DNA of 58,190 nucleotides from Escherichia coli (GTDB lineage Bacteria; Pseudomonadota; Gammaproteobacteria; Enterobacterales; Enterobacteriaceae): NCBI RefSeq assembly GCF_003334255.1, contig NZ_QOWU01000031.1; one strand, 5' to 3'. Shown piece by piece: positions 21,715 to 33,842 of this stretch (position 1 is its first letter; each line of letters starts with the position of its first letter). The notes under the pieces were generated by a model. It saw only the letters and a program-made list of their open reading frames with translations, ran no database searches and was not told where the DNA came from. The position numbers and the translations under genes were made by a program.

Positions 21715-22974
21715 ATGTTTACATCAGTGGCGCAAGCCAATGCTGCGGTTATCGAACAAATTCGTCGCGCTCGTCCACACTGGCTGGATGTGCAACCGGC
21801 TTCTTCACTTATCAGCGAACTAAACCAGGGCAAAACACTGCTTCACGCCGGGCCGCCAATGCGCTGGCAGGAGATGACCGGACCTATGAAAGGGGCGTGC
21901 GTGGGCGCATGTCTGTTCGAAGGTTGGGCGAAAGATGAAGCGCAGGCGCTGGCAATACTGGAGCAGGGGGAAGTGAACTTCATTCCTTGTCACCATGTGA
22001 ATGCCGTCGGGCCAATGGGCGGTATTACTTCTGCCAGTATGCCGATGCTGGTGGTCGAGAACGTGACCGACGGCAACCGGGCGTACTGCAACCTCAACGA
22101 AGGTATCGGCAAAGTGATGCGTTTTGGCGCTTATGGCGAAGATGTCCTGACTCGCCATCGCTGGATGCGCGATGTGTTAATGCCAGTATTAAGCGCGGCG
22201 CTGGGGCGCATGGAGCACGGTATCGATCTCACGGCGATGATGGCGCAGGGCATTACCATGGGCGATGAGTTCCATCAACGCAATATTGCTTCCTCAGCAC
22301 TGTTAATGCGTACGCTGGCCCCACAAATTGCTCGCCTCGATCATGATAAACAGCACATTGCGGAAGTGATGGATTTCCTCAGCGTGACCGATCAGTTCTT
22401 CCTCAACCTCGCGATGGCCTACTGCAAGGCGGCGATGGATGCTGGCGCGATGATCCGCGCAGGCAGCATCGTTACGGCTATGACCCGCAACGGCAATATG
22501 TTCGGGATTCGGGTAAGCGGGCTGGGTGAACGCTGGTTTACTGCGCCTGTAAACACTCCGCAAGGTCTGTTTTTCACCGGCTTCTCGCAGGAGCAGGCGA
22601 ACCCGGATATGGGCGATAGCGCGATTACCGAAACCTTTGGTATCGGAGGTGCGGCAATGATCGCAGCGCCTGGCGTAAAGCGCTTTGTCGGTGCGGGTGG
22701 CATGGAAGCGGCCAGGGCGGTATCTGAAGAGATGGCGGAAATTTACCTTGAACGCAATATGCAGTTGCAGATCCCAAGCTGGGATTTTCAGGGCGCCTGC
22801 CTGGGACTGGACATTCGTCGCGTGGTAGAAACCGGTATTACGCCACTCATCAATACCGGTATCGCCCATAAAGAGGCGGGGATCGGGCAGATTGGCGCAG
22901 GCACCGTGCGGGTACCGCTGGCGTGTTTTGAACAGGCGCTGGAAGCACTGGCTGAAAGCATGGGGATTGGTTGA
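21715..22974 (+). CDS. ylbE: DUF1116-family protein, intact 419-aa frame
   Basis: Uninterrupted 419-aa ORF, 10 nt after the fdrA stop; synteny. Confidence 0.8.
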   Translation: MFTSVAQANAAVIEQIRRARPHWLDVQPASSLISELNQGKTLLHAGPPMRWQEMTGPMKGACVGACLFEGWAKDEAQALAILEQGEVNFIPCHHVNAVGPMGGITSASMPMLVVENVTDGNRAYCNLNEGIGKVMRFGAYGEDVLTRHRWMRDVLMPVLSAALGRMEHGIDLTAMMAQGITMGDEFHQRNIASSALLMRTLAPQIARLDHDKQHIAEVMDFLSVTDQFFLNLAMAYCKAAMDAGAMIRAGSIVTAMTRNGNMFGIRVSGLGERWFTAPVNTPQGLFFTGFSQEQANPDMGDSAITETFGIGGAAMIAAPGVKRFVGAGGMEAARAVSEEMAEIYLERNMQLQIPSWDFQGACLGLDIRRVVETGITPLINTGIAHKEAGIGQIGAGTVRVPLACFEQALEALAESMGIG

Positions 22975-22984
22975 GGAACGCACA

Positions 22985-23800
22985 ATGACGATCATCCATC
23001 CTCTGCTTGCCAGTAGTAGCGCACCGAATTATCGCCAGTCCTGGCGGTTAGCGGGAGTGTGGCGACGGGCGATTAACCTGATGACGGAAAGCGGCGAACT
23101 GTTAACGCTGCATCGTAAGGGTAGTGGTTTCGGCCCCGGAGGATGGGTGCTTCGCCGCGCGCAATTCGATGCGTTATGCGGTGGATTATGCGGCAATGAA
23201 CGACCGCAGGTTGTGGCTCAAGGGATTCGCCTCGGGCGTTTCACGGTTAAACAGCCACAGCGTTATTGTTTGCTGCGTATTACGCCGCCTGCGCATCCTC
23301 AACCGCTTGCAGCTGCATGGATGCAACGCGCGGAGGAAACCGGGCTTTTCGGGCCACTGGCGATGGCGGCAAGCGATCCGCTGCCCGCTGAATTACGCCA
23401 GTTTCGTCACTGTTTTCAGGCCGCGCTCAATGGCGTTAAGACCGACTGGCGGCACTGGCTGGGTAAAGGACCCGGATTAACGCCAAGTCATGATGATACG
23501 CTGAGCGGAATGCTGCTGGCGGCCTGGTATTATGGCGCTTTAGATGCGCGCTCTGGTCGCCAGTTTTTTGCCTGTTCCGACAATCTTCAACTCGTTACCA
23601 CAGCGGTGAGCGTCAGTTATTTACGCTACGCCGCGCAAGGATATTTCGCCTCGCCACTCCTGCACTTTGTTCATGCTCTGAGTTGCCCGAAACGTACCGC
23701 TGTTGCGATTGATTCGCTGCTGGCGCTGGGGCACACGTCAGGGGCAGATACGCTGCTGGGGTTCTGGCTTGGTCAACAATTATTACAAGGAACACCATGA
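22985..23800 (+). CDS. ylbF: DUF2877-family protein
   Basis: 271 aa from the ATG at 22985; the track ORF from 22892 is an upstream in-frame extension overlapping ylbE. Synteny. Confidence 0.8.
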   Translation: MTIIHPLLASSSAPNYRQSWRLAGVWRRAINLMTESGELLTLHRKGSGFGPGGWVLRRAQFDALCGGLCGNERPQVVAQGIRLGRFTVKQPQRYCLLRITPPAHPQPLAAAWMQRAEETGLFGPLAMAASDPLPAELRQFRHCFQAALNGVKTDWRHWLGKGPGLTPSHDDTLSGMLLAAWYYGALDARSGRQFFACSDNLQLVTTAVSVSYLRYAAQGYFASPLLHFVHALSCPKRTAVAIDSLLALGHTSGADTLLGFWLGQQLLQGTP

Positions 23801-24690
23801 AAACACTGGTTGTAGCTCTTGGGGGCAACGCCTTACTCCAGCGCGGCGAGGCGCTGACGGCAGAAAATCAATATCGCAATATCGCCAGTGCTGTACCCGC
23901 GCTGGCGCGCCTGGCCCGTTCTTATCGGCTGGCGATTGTTCACGGCAACGGGCCGCAGGTGGGGCTGCTGGCATTGCAGAATCTGGCGTGGAAAGAGGTA
24001 GAACCGTATCCGCTGGATGTGCTGGTGGCGGAAAGCCAGGGGATGATTGGCTATATGCTGGCACAGAGTTTGAGCGCACAGCCGCAGATGCCGCCCGTGA
24101 CGACGGTGCTGACGCGCATTGAGGTTTCGCCTGATGATCCGGCGTTTTTGCAGCCAGAGAAATTTATTGGTCCGGTTTATCAGCCAGAAGAACAAGAGGC
24201 ACTGGAAGCGGCTTACGGCTGGCAGATGAAACGTGATGGTAAATATTTGCGCCGGGTGGTGGCGTCTCCGCAACCGCGTAAAATTCTCGACAGCGAAGCC
24301 ATCGAGTTGTTGCTCAAAGAGGGGCATGTGGTGATTTGCAGTGGCGGCGGCGGTGTGCCTGTGACGGAAGATGGGGCAGGGAGTGAAGCGGTGATTGATA
24401 AAGATCTCGCTGCTGCGTTGCTCGCTGAGCAGATTAACGCCGATGGGCTGGTGATCCTCACTGATGCTGATGCGGTATATGAAAACTGGGGAACGCCGCA
24501 GCAACGCGCCATTCGCCATGCCACACCGGATGAGTTAGCGCCATTTGCCAAAGCCGATGGTTCGATGGGGCCGAAGGTAACGGCGGTGAGTGGTTATGTC
24601 AGAAGCCGTGGTAAACCCGCGTGGATTGGGGCGTTATCGCGAATTGAAGAGACGCTGGCGGGCGAAGCGGGGACCTGTATTTCGCTGTAG
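23797..24690 (+). CDS. ybcF: Carbamate kinase-like protein
   Basis: 297-aa ORF with amino-acid-kinase-family N-terminus ([12 protein letters not shown]); ATGA stop/start overlap with ylbF. Confidence 0.85.
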   Translation: MKTLVVALGGNALLQRGEALTAENQYRNIASAVPALARLARSYRLAIVHGNGPQVGLLALQNLAWKEVEPYPLDVLVAESQGMIGYMLAQSLSAQPQMPPVTTVLTRIEVSPDDPAFLQPEKFIGPVYQPEEQEALEAAYGWQMKRDGKYLRRVVASPQPRKILDSEAIELLLKEGHVVICSGGGGVPVTEDGAGSEAVIDKDLAAALLAEQINADGLVILTDADAVYENWGTPQQRAIRHATPDELAPFAKADGSMGPKVTAVSGYVRSRGKPAWIGALSRIEETLAGEAGTCISL

Positions 24691-24710
24691 TCGTAGGCAT
24701 TAGACATTTG

Positions 24711-24870
<160 letters not shown>

Positions 24871-24884
24871 GAATAGAGCACCAG

Positions 24885-25952
24885 TTAACCGAACTTACTC
24901 TGCGCCCAAATCACGCCGCTGGCATATTCCGGCGGCAGCAGCGGGATTAAGGCTTCCAGCGTCGCAGTCAGACGCGATGTGTCGCTGTCGGTCAAATTCA
25001 GATGCCCCACTTTACGCCCCGGACGGACTTCTTTGTCGTACCAGTGCAGATGCACCAGCGGCAATTTCAGCCAGTCATAATTCACATCGCTACCAATCAG
25101 ATTGATCATCACCGACGGATTATTCACTACTGGTTGCGGTAACGGCAGATCGGTAATCGCCCGCAGATGCAGCTCAAACTGGCTGATGCTGGCACCGTTT
25201 TGCGTCCAGTGACCACTGTTATGCACACGCGGAGCCAGTTCGTTGATCAGCAGACCTTGCGGGGTGACAAAACACTCCATCGCCATCACGCCCACATAGC
25301 CCAGCTCCTGCATAATCGCCGACAGCATCTCTTCGGCTTGCGCCTGCTGCTGTGCGTTGGCCTGCGGAAAAGCGACGCTGGTGCGCAAAATACCGTCCTG
25401 ATGCAGGTTATGCGTCAGCGGATAAAACACGGTGCTGCCATCAAAGCCGCGCGCGCCAACCAGCGACACTTCACCAGAGAAGTTTATGCCCTGCTCGACA
25501 ATACATTCGCCGTAGCATTCAGCCGGTAACTGTTCGGTTTCATCGGCGCGTAAACGCCATTGACCGCGTCCGTCATAGCCACCAGTGCGACGCTTAACAA
25601 TCGCCAGTTCACCTAAACGATCAAACACCGCAGGCCACTCGCTGCGATCGGCAAGTAACTGCCACGGCGCGGTCGGCAGGTGGAGCTTATCGAAAAGCTG
25701 CTTCTGAGTCAGACGGTCGGCAATAATCGGGAACACATCGCGGTTCACAAAGGCCGGATGGCGTGCCAGCTCGCGGGTTAATGCGGTTTCCGGCCAACGT
25801 TCGATCTCAGCGGTAATCACGCTTTGTTGAAAAGGCACCGCCGCCGGTTCAGCGTCCAGCCCGACCGGCCAGACAGCAATGCCTAACGGTTCGCCTGCCT
25901 GACGCAGCATACGGCCTAACTGCCCGTTACCGAGGACGCAAACCTGTTTCAT
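24885..25952 (-). CDS. purK: N5-carboxyaminoimidazole ribonucleotide synthetase
   Basis: 355-aa ATP-grasp ORF; 4-nt overlap with purE. Confidence 0.9.
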   Translation of the reverse strand: MKQVCVLGNGQLGRMLRQAGEPLGIAVWPVGLDAEPAAVPFQQSVITAEIERWPETALTRELARHPAFVNRDVFPIIADRLTQKQLFDKLHLPTAPWQLLADRSEWPAVFDRLGELAIVKRRTGGYDGRGQWRLRADETEQLPAECYGECIVEQGINFSGEVSLVGARGFDGSTVFYPLTHNLHQDGILRTSVAFPQANAQQQAQAEEMLSAIMQELGYVGVMAMECFVTPQGLLINELAPRVHNSGHWTQNGASISQFELHLRAITDLPLPQPVVNNPSVMINLIGSDVNYDWLKLPLVHLHWYDKEVRPGRKVGHLNLTDSDTSRLTATLEALIPLLPPEYASGVIWAQSKFG

Positions 25953-26458
25953 GCCGCACCTCGCGGGTCCGGGTTTTCCAGCACTTCATCAGTTTGTGCT
26001 TTGCGCCAGTCATTCAGACGTTGGTGCAGTTCTTTATCATGAGTCGCAAGAATTTGTGCTGCCAGTAATGCCGCGTTTGCCGCGCCAGCTTTACCAATCG
26101 CCAGCGTACCCACCGGAATGCCGCGCGGCATTTGTACGATTGAGTAGAGGCTATCGACACCGCTCAGTGCGGCGCTCTGTACTGGTACGCCCAGCACCGG
26201 CACCAGCGTTTTGGCGGCAATCATGCCTGGCAGGTGCGCTGCGCCGCCTGCGCCCGCAATAATCACCTGATAACCGTTCTCTTCGGCGCTTTCGGCGAAG
26301 CTGAACAGTTTATCGGGGGTGCGGTGAGCAGAAACCACTTCAACGTGGTGCGGGACATTCAGGATTTCGAAGATTTCGGCGGCGAACTGCATGGTAGCCC
26401 AGTCGCTTTTGGACCCCATCACGATGGCGACACGCGCCGGATTATTGCGGGAAGACAT
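25949..26458 (-). CDS. purE: N5-carboxyaminoimidazole ribonucleotide mutase
   Basis: 169 aa from the internal Met ([20 protein letters not shown]...); synteny. Confidence 0.9.
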   Translation of the reverse strand: MSSRNNPARVAIVMGSKSDWATMQFAAEIFEILNVPHHVEVVSAHRTPDKLFSFAESAEENGYQVIIAGAGGAAHLPGMIAAKTLVPVLGVPVQSAALSGVDSLYSIVQMPRGIPVGTLAIGKAGAANAALLAAQILATHDKELHQRLNDWRKAQTDEVLENPDPRGAA

Positions 26459-26575
26459 GCGTCTTAAAACTCCTGTGGTGCACAACTCTCGGCTTTAGAG
26501 GGCACAGAGAATAGCACGGAAAGAGAGTAAGGAAAACGGTTGCGTGGCTGTGAAATCAGCAAAGTTGCGGGTTTT

Positions 26576-27298
26576 TTAAAACGGAAAATGAATCAGTTCA
26601 ACGTCATCCGCCGTGACTTTCACCATCGAACCTTCCGTATGCCAGGCACCCAGTACCACGCGAAAAGCAGGTTGCTGGTTGGCGATAAGTTCATGTACCG
26701 CCGGGCGATGGGTATGCCCGTGAATCAGCCATTGCACCTGATGTTTTTCCATCGCACTGACCACCGCGTTTTGGTTAACGTCCATGATCGCCAGCGATTT
26801 ACTGCTGTTGGCTTCTTTGCTGTTCGCGCGCATTCGCGCGGCAATGCGTTTGCGCACAAACAATGGCAGAGCGAGGAATAGCGTCTGCAGCCAGGGTTTG
26901 TGGACTTTGGCGCGAAAAGCCTGATAACCCGCGTCATCGGTGCACAGCGTGTCGCCATGCATAATCAACACCCGACGACCATAAAGTTCGAGCACCTTTT
27001 CTTCCGGCAATAACGTCATGCCGCTTTCACGGGCAAAGCGTTTGCCGAGCAGAAAATCACGGTTGCCATGAATGAAATAACAGGGAACGCCGGAATCGGA
27101 CACCGCTTTGATCGCTGCCGCCATCTGGCGATGGAGTGGGTTGGGATCGTCGTCGCCAATCCACGCTTCAAACAGATCGCCAAGAATATACAGCGCGTCG
27201 GCCTTGCGAGCTTCCCCCGCTAAAAAACGCAGAAAACCGGCGGTGATCGCCGGTTCTTCCACGCAGAGATGAAGATCTGCAATAAAGAGTGTCGCCAC
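26576..27298 (-). CDS. lpxH: UDP-2,3-diacylglucosamine pyrophosphatase
   Basis: 240-aa calcineurin-like phosphoesterase ORF ([11 protein letters not shown]...GNRD); synteny. Confidence 0.9.
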   Translation of the reverse strand: MATLFIADLHLCVEEPAITAGFLRFLAGEARKADALYILGDLFEAWIGDDDPNPLHRQMAAAIKAVSDSGVPCYFIHGNRDFLLGKRFARESGMTLLPEEKVLELYGRRVLIMHGDTLCTDDAGYQAFRAKVHKPWLQTLFLALPLFVRKRIAARMRANSKEANSSKSLAIMDVNQNAVVSAMEKHQVQWLIHGHTHRPAVHELIANQQPAFRVVLGAWHTEGSMVKVTADDVELIHFPF

Positions 27299-27300
27299 GA

Positions 27301-27795
27301 TTACTCGCTAACGGTCACGCTTTCAATGATAACGTCTTCTTTTGGCACGTCCTGGTGCATACCGCTACGACCGGTTGCAACACCTTTGATTTTGTCTACC
27401 ACGTCCATGCCTTCAACCACTTCAGCAAACACGCAGTAGCCCCAACCTTGCAGGCTTTCGCCAGAGAAGTTCAGGAAGTCGTTATCAACCACGTTGATGA
27501 AGAACTGTGCAGTTGCAGAGTGCGGAGCCTGAGTACGGGCCATTGCCAGCGTACCACGGGTATTTTTCAGACCGTTGTTGGCTTCGTTTTTGATCGGTTC
27601 TTTGGTGGCTTTTTGTTTCATGCCCGGTTCAAAACCGCCGCCCTGAATCATAAAGCCGTTGATAACACGGTGGAAAATGGTGTTGTTGTAAAAACCTTCG
27701 CGGCAGTAGTCCAGGAAGTTTTTAACTGTTTCAGGTGCTTTATCGTCAAAAGTTTTGATGACAATATCGCCGTGATTGGTGTGGAAAGTAACCAT
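27301..27795 (-). CDS. ppiB: Peptidyl-prolyl cis-trans isomerase B (cyclophilin)
   Basis: 164-aa cyclophilin ORF; synteny. Confidence 0.9.
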   Translation of the reverse strand: MVTFHTNHGDIVIKTFDDKAPETVKNFLDYCREGFYNNTIFHRVINGFMIQGGGFEPGMKQKATKEPIKNEANNGLKNTRGTLAMARTQAPHSATAQFFINVVDNDFLNFSGESLQGWGYCVFAEVVEGMDVVDKIKGVATGRSGMHQDVPKEDVIIESVTVSE

Positions 27796-27968
27796 TTTTG
27801 CATCCTGTTCCGTTTGATTGGTGCTTCAACCCGGTTCGGGTCATATATAGGGTGGTGTTATAGCATAACCGCACGATCGGATCATCACGCAATGTATGCT
27901 GATTCGCGCGGGAAATATGGGTATTATACGCAACTCAATTACCCACACATGTCTAAACGGAATCTTCG

Positions 27969-29354
27969 ATGCTAAAAATCTTCAATACTCTGACACGCCA
28001 AAAAGAGGAATTTAAGCCTATTCACGCCGGGGAAGTCGGCATGTACGTGTGTGGAATCACCGTTTACGATCTCTGTCATATCGGTCACGGGCGTACCTTT
28101 GTTGCTTTTGACGTGGTTGCGCGCTATCTGCGTTTCCTCGGCTATAAGCTGAAGTATGTGCGCAACATTACCGATATCGACGACAAAATCATCAAACGCG
28201 CCAATGAAAATGGCGAAAGCTTTGTAGCGCTGGTGGATCGCATGATCGCCGAAATGCACAAAGATTTTGATGCGTTGAACATTCTGCGCCCGGATATGGA
28301 GCCGCGCGCGACGCACCATATCGCAGAAATTATTGAACTCACTGAACAACTGATCGCCAAAGGTCACGCTTATGTGGCGGACAACGGCGACGTGATGTTC
28401 GACGTCCCGACCGATCCGACATATGGCGTGCTGTCGCGTCAGGATCTCGACCAGCTGCAGGCAGGCGCGCGCGTTGACGTGGTCGACGACAAACGCAACC
28501 CGATGGACTTCGTTCTGTGGAAGATGTCGAAAGAGGGCGAACCGAGCTGGCCGTCTCCGTGGGGCGCGGGCCGTCCAGGCTGGCACATTGAATGTTCGGC
28601 AATGAACTGCAAGCAGCTGGGTAACCACTTTGATATCCACGGCGGCGGTTCAGACCTGATGTTCCCGCACCACGAGAACGAAATCGCGCAGTCCACCTGT
28701 GCCCATGATGGTCAGTATGTTAACTACTGGATGCACTCCGGAATGGTGATGGTTGACCGCGAGAAGATGTCCAAATCGCTGGGTAACTTCTTTACCGTGC
28801 GCGATGTGCTGAAATACTACGATGCTGAAACCGTGCGTTACTTCCTGATGTCGGGCCACTATCGCAGCCAGCTGAACTACAGCGAAGAGAACCTGAAGCA
28901 GGCGCGTGCGGCGCTGGAGCGTCTCTACACTGCGCTGCGCGGCACCGATAAAACCGTTGCGCCTGCCGGTGGCGAAGCGTTTGAAGCGCGCTTTATTGAA
29001 GCGATGGACGACGATTTCAACACCCCGGAAGCCTATTCCGTGCTGTTTGATATGGCGCGTGAAGTGAACCGTCTGAAAGCAGAAGATATGGCAGCGGCGA
29101 ATGCAATGGCATCTCACCTGCGTAAACTTTCCGCTGTATTGGGCCTGCTGGAGCAAGAACCGGAAGCGTTCCTGCAAAGCGGCGCGCAGGCAGACGGCAG
29201 CGAAGTGGCTGAGATTGAAGCGTTAATTCAACAGCGTCTGGATGCCCGTAAAGCGAAAGACTGGGCGGCGGCAGATGCGGCGCGTGACCGTCTTAACGAG
29301 ATGGGGATCGTGCTGGAAGATGGCCCGCAAGGGACCACCTGGCGTCGTAAGTAA
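27969..29354 (+). CDS. cysS: Cysteine--tRNA ligase
   Basis: 461-aa class I aaRS with HIGH (HIGHGR) and KMSKS motifs visible. Confidence 0.95.
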   Translation: MLKIFNTLTRQKEEFKPIHAGEVGMYVCGITVYDLCHIGHGRTFVAFDVVARYLRFLGYKLKYVRNITDIDDKIIKRANENGESFVALVDRMIAEMHKDFDALNILRPDMEPRATHHIAEIIELTEQLIAKGHAYVADNGDVMFDVPTDPTYGVLSRQDLDQLQAGARVDVVDDKRNPMDFVLWKMSKEGEPSWPSPWGAGRPGWHIECSAMNCKQLGNHFDIHGGGSDLMFPHHENEIAQSTCAHDGQYVNYWMHSGMVMVDREKMSKSLGNFFTVRDVLKYYDAETVRYFLMSGHYRSQLNYSEENLKQARAALERLYTALRGTDKTVAPAGGEAFEARFIEAMDDDFNTPEAYSVLFDMAREVNRLKAEDMAAANAMASHLRKLSAVLGLLEQEPEAFLQSGAQADGSEVAEIEALIQQRLDARKAKDWAAADAARDRLNEMGIVLEDGPQGTTWRRK

Positions 29355-29365
29355 TTGCGCTATTG

Positions 29366-29389
29366 CCGGATGCGAGTTTTCGCATCCGG
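29366..29389. terminator. Hairpin between convergent cysS and ybcI (probable bidirectional terminator)
   Basis: Stem CCGGATGCG / CGCATCCGG with a 6-nt loop. Weak T-run, so confidence is moderate. Confidence 0.5.
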
Positions 29390-29911
29390 TTATCGTCTGT
29401 GCCACCACAACATTCCCATCAGTAGAATCCCCGGCAACCACACCCACATCAATTCAGAAATAATCACCTGATGCCCGTACGGCGTGGTGTAACGAGACAA
29501 TGCAAACGGCGCGACTTTAATCACCTGCCAGGGAGCGAAAAAGCGTTCATCTGACCACGGCCACAGCCAGCCAACCCCTTTACCGCCAGTGGTTACCGAA
29601 TCCAGCAAGCTGTGCGATAGCAACGAGACGGTTAAAAACAGCCAGCAGCGAATCAGCCCAGCCCTGAACCATCGGCGTCCAATCAGCACACATAACAGCG
29701 GGACAACAAACGCAAACACCAGCGAATGGGTAAACCCGCGATGACCAAAAACATTGCCGTAAGCAATGCCAAATTTAAACGACAATACGTCGGCGTCGGG
29801 CAGCATCGCCAGGATGATTCCGGCAAATAACAGACGCGGAGGGATGACTTTCGAACCCAACCCTAAACCAATGCATAGGGGAACGGCGGCGTGCGTAATA
29901 ACGGTTGGCAT
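29390..29911 (-). CDS. ybcI: Inner membrane metal-dependent hydrolase-like protein (DUF457)
   Basis: 173-aa membrane ORF; synteny. Confidence 0.8.
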   Translation of the reverse strand: MPTVITHAAVPLCIGLGLGSKVIPPRLLFAGIILAMLPDADVLSFKFGIAYGNVFGHRGFTHSLVFAFVVPLLCVLIGRRWFRAGLIRCWLFLTVSLLSHSLLDSVTTGGKGVGWLWPWSDERFFAPWQVIKVAPFALSRYTTPYGHQVIISELMWVWLPGILLMGMLWWHRR

Positions 29912-30018
29912 GATGGTCGCTTCGGCAAAATGTCGATGCTATCAGCATGGATGAACGGGGCGTAGAGGGCAAAAGTCTGAAAAGAGAACCGGCCTGTTGA
30001 TACAGGCCGGGAAAGGGA

Positions 30019-30231
30019 TCAGGCAACAACCTGTACGCTGTGACCTGCAAAACTCACTGTCTGACCGGCGACGATTTTGCAGCGTTTGCGCGTTTCAACC
30101 GCGCCATCGACTTTCACCTGGCCTTCGGCAATCGCGATTTTCGCCTGCGCGCCGCTTTCGCTCCAGCCTTCCAGTTTCAGCAAGTCGCACAGCTCAACGT
30201 GCGGATGTTTACCTAAAGAAAATGTCGCCAT
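30019..30231 (-). CDS. ybcJ: Small S4-like RNA-binding protein
   Basis: 70 aa from the internal Met (MATFSLGKHPH...); synteny downstream of folD. Confidence 0.8.
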   Translation of the reverse strand: MATFSLGKHPHVELCDLLKLEGWSESGAQAKIAIAEGQVKVDGAVETRKRCKIVAGQTVSFAGHSVQVVA

Positions 30232-30232
30232 G

Positions 30233-31099
30233 TTACTCACCCTGTGGATCATGATATTCAACGCACGCCTGTAGCGTGTTTTCAATCAGCGTGGCAACCG
30301 TCATCGGGCCAACGCCGCCGGGAACAGGCGTAATGTATGAGGCGCGTTTAGCCGCGTCTTCAAACACCACGTCGCCCACAACTTTGCCATTTTCCAGACG
30401 GTTGATGCCGACATCAATCACAATTGCGCCTTCTTTGATCCAGTCACCAGGAATAAAGCCCGGCTTGCCGACGGCAACGATCAACAGATCGGCATTTTCT
30501 ACGTGATGACGCAGATTTTTAGTGAAGCGGTGAGTCACGGTAGTGGTGCAACCTGCTAGCAGCAGTTCCATGCTCATCGGGCGGCCAACGATATTCGATG
30601 CGCCAATCACCACGGCGTTGAGGCCGAAGGTATCAATGTTGTAACGCTCAAGCAGCGTGACGATGCCGCGCGGGGTGCAGGGACGCAGACGCGGCGCGCG
30701 CTGGCACAGGCGACCGACGTTATAAGGATGGAAACCGTCTACGTCTTTGTCCGGGTGAATACGTTCCAGTACTTTGACGTTATCAATACCCGCCGGTAAC
30801 GGCAGTTGAACCAGAATGCCATCAATGGTGTTGTCGGCATTCAGCGCATCGATAAGCTCCAGCAGCTCCGCTTCGCTGGTGGTTTCCGGGAGGTCATAAG
30901 AGCGGGAGACGAACCCGACTTCTTCACAAGCCTTGCGTTTGCTTGCGACATAAATTTGCGATGCAGGGTTACTACCCACCAGCACAACGGCCAGTCCTGG
31001 TGCCCGCAGTCCGGCTGCAATACGCGCCTGAACTTTTTGAGCAACTTCAGAGCGCACCTGCTGCGCAATCGTTTTACCGTCAATAATCTTTGCTGCCAT
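30233..31099 (-). CDS. folD: Bifunctional methylenetetrahydrofolate dehydrogenase/cyclohydrolase
   Basis: 288 aa from the internal Met (MAAKIIDGK...); the track ORF extends 32 codons upstream. Synteny. Confidence 0.9.
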
Positions 31100-31313
31100 C
31101 AGAGAGAGGATTCCATCTGTTACGTAGGTCGAAGGGGATGCGCCTATTTTGTCAGAAGCGGGGCGCGCTGTCAGGTTTCGTTTCAGATTTATCACGTGAA
31201 GCGACCTCTTGCGAAGGTTAGGCGCACCGTCGCTGAGGTCGCTGAGATTGAAAGCTTCATTTTTCGTCCATGATGGCGTTGTAAATCTGGAACTGACTTA
31301 TTTCCTTGTCTAA

Positions 31314-33830
31314 GGAAGCTATGCGGAAAGTTATTTCAACCCGGCATTTTTATTAGAGAATGGCACATCCGTTGCTGATTTATCGCGCTTTGAGAGAGGT
31401 AATCATCAACCTGCGGGCGTGTATCGGGTGGATCTCTGGCGTAATGATGAGTTCATTGGTTCACAGGATATCGTATTTGAATCGACAACAGAAAATACAG
31501 GTGATAAATCAGGTGGGTTAATGCCCTGTTTTAACCAGGTACTCCTTGAACGAATTGGCCTTAATAGCAGTGCATTTCCCGAGTTAGCCCAGCAGCAAAA
31601 TAATAAATGCATCAATTTACTGAAAGCTGTACCTGATGCCACAATTAACTTTGATTTTGCAGCGATGCGCCTGAACATCACTATTCCTCAGATAGCGTTG
31701 TTGAGTAGCGCTCACGGTTACATTCCGCCTGAAGAGTGGGATGAAGGTATTCCTGCTTTACTCCTGAATTATAATTTCACTGGTAACAGAGGTAATGGTA
31801 ACGATAGCTATTTTTTTAGTGAGCTCAGCGGGATTAATATTGGCCCGTGGCGTTTACGCAACAATGGTTCCTGGAACTATTTTCGCGGAAATGGGTATCA
31901 TTCAGAACAGTGGAATAATATTGGCACCTGGGTACAGCGCGCCATTATTCCGCTGAAAAGTGAACTGGTAATGGGAGACGGCAATACAGGAAGTGATATT
32001 TTCGATGGTGTTGGATTTCGTGGTGTACGGCTTTACTCTTCCGATAATATGTATCCTGATAGCCAGCAAGGGTTTGCCCCAACAGTACGTGGGATTGCCC
32101 GTACGGCGGCCCAGCTAACGATTCGGCAAAATGGTTTTATTATCTATCAAAGCTATGTTTCCCCCGGCGCTTTTGAAATTACAGATTTGCACCCGACATC
32201 TTCAAATGGCGATCTGGACGTCACCATCGACGAGCGCGATGGCAATCAGCAGAATTACACTATTCCGTATTCAACAGTGCCAATTTTACAACGCGAAGGG
32301 CGTTTCAAATTTGACCTGACGGCGGGCGATTTTCGTAGCGGTAATAGTCAGCAATCATCGCCTTTCTTTTTTCAGGGCACGGTACTCGGCGGTTTACCAC
32401 AGGAATTTACTGCCTACGGCGGGACGCAATTATCTGCCAATTACACCGCCTTTTTATTAGGGCTGGGGCGCAACCTCGGGAACTGGGGCGCAGTGTCGCT
32501 GGATGTGACCCATGCGCGCAGTCAGTTAGCCGACGATAGTCGTCATGAGGGGGATTCTATTCGCTTCCTCTATGCGAAATCGATGAACACCTTCGGCACC
32601 AATTTTCAGTTAATGGGTTACCGCTATTCGACACAAGGTTTTTATACCCTTGATGATGTTGCGTATCGTCGAATGGAGGGGTACGAATATGATTACGATT
32701 ACGACGGTGAGCATCGCGATGAACCGATAATCGTGAATTACCACAATTTACGCTTTAGCCGTAAAGACCGTTTGCAGTTAAATATTTCACAATCACTTAA
32801 TGACTTTGGCTCGCTTTATATCTCTGGTACCCATCAAAAATACTGGAATACATCGGATTCAGATACGTGGTATCAGGTGGGGTATACCAGCAGCTGGGTT
32901 GGCATCAGTTATTCGCTCTCATTTTCGTGGAATGAATCTGTAGGGATCCCCGATAACGAACGTATTGTCGGACTTAATGTTTCAGTGCCTTTCAATGTTC
33001 TGACCAAACGTCGCTACACCCGGGAAAATGCGCTCGACCGCGCTTATGCCTCCTTTAACGCCAACCGTAACAGCAACGGGCAAAATAGCTGGCTGGCAGG
33101 TGTAGGTGGGACCTTACTGGAAGGCCACAACCTGAGTTATCACGTAAGCCAGGGTGATACCTCGAATAATGGGTATACGGGCAGCGCCACGGCAAACTGG
33201 CAGGCCGCTTACGGTACGCTGGGGGTCGGGTATAACTACGACCGCGATCAACATGACGTTAACTGGCAGCTGTCTGGCGGTGTGGTCGGGCATGAAAATG
33301 GCATAACGCTGAGCCAGCCTTTAGGGGATACCAATGTTTTGATTAAAGCGCCTGGCGCAGGCGGTGTACGCATTGAAAATCAAACTGGCATTTTAACCGA
33401 CTGGCGCGGCTATGCGGTGATGCCGTATGCCACGGTTTATCGGTATAACCGTATCGCGCTTGATACCAATACGATGGGGAATTCCATCGATGTTGAAAAA
33501 AATATTAGCAGCGTTGTGCCGACGCAAGGCGCGTTGGTTCGTGCCAATTTTGATACCCGCATAGGCGTGCGGGCGCTCATTACCGTTACCCAGGGCGGAA
33601 AACCGGTGCCGTTTGGATCACTGGTACGGGAAAACAGTACCGGAATAACCAGTATGGTGGGTGATGACGGGCAAGTTTATTTAAGTGGTGCGCCATTGTC
33701 TGGTGAATTACTGGTTCAGTGGGGAGACGGCGCGAACTCACGCTGCATTGCGCACTATGTATTGCCGAAGCAAAGCTTACAGCAAGCCGTCACTGTTATT
33801 TCGGCAGTTTGCACACATCCTGGCTCATAA
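31314..33830 (+). pseudogene. sfmD: Fimbrial usher (FimD family), 5'-truncated: frame begins at the mature N-terminus with no start codon or signal peptide
   Basis: 838-codon frame with usher homology opens directly after a stop at 31311-31313. The first residues ([13 protein letters not shown]...) correspond to the mature usher N-terminus. The first in-frame candidate start is GTG at 31419. sfmA and sfmC are absent upstream. Confidence 0.65.
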
Positions 33831-33842
33831 AGGAAATTATCA

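Noticed and set aside
31419-33830. Treating the GTG at 31419 as the genuine start of an intact usher gene
   Set aside because: The usher homology and open frame extend 35 codons upstream to a stop codon, and a protein starting at 31419 would lack a signal peptide. This is better explained as a 5'-truncated gene.
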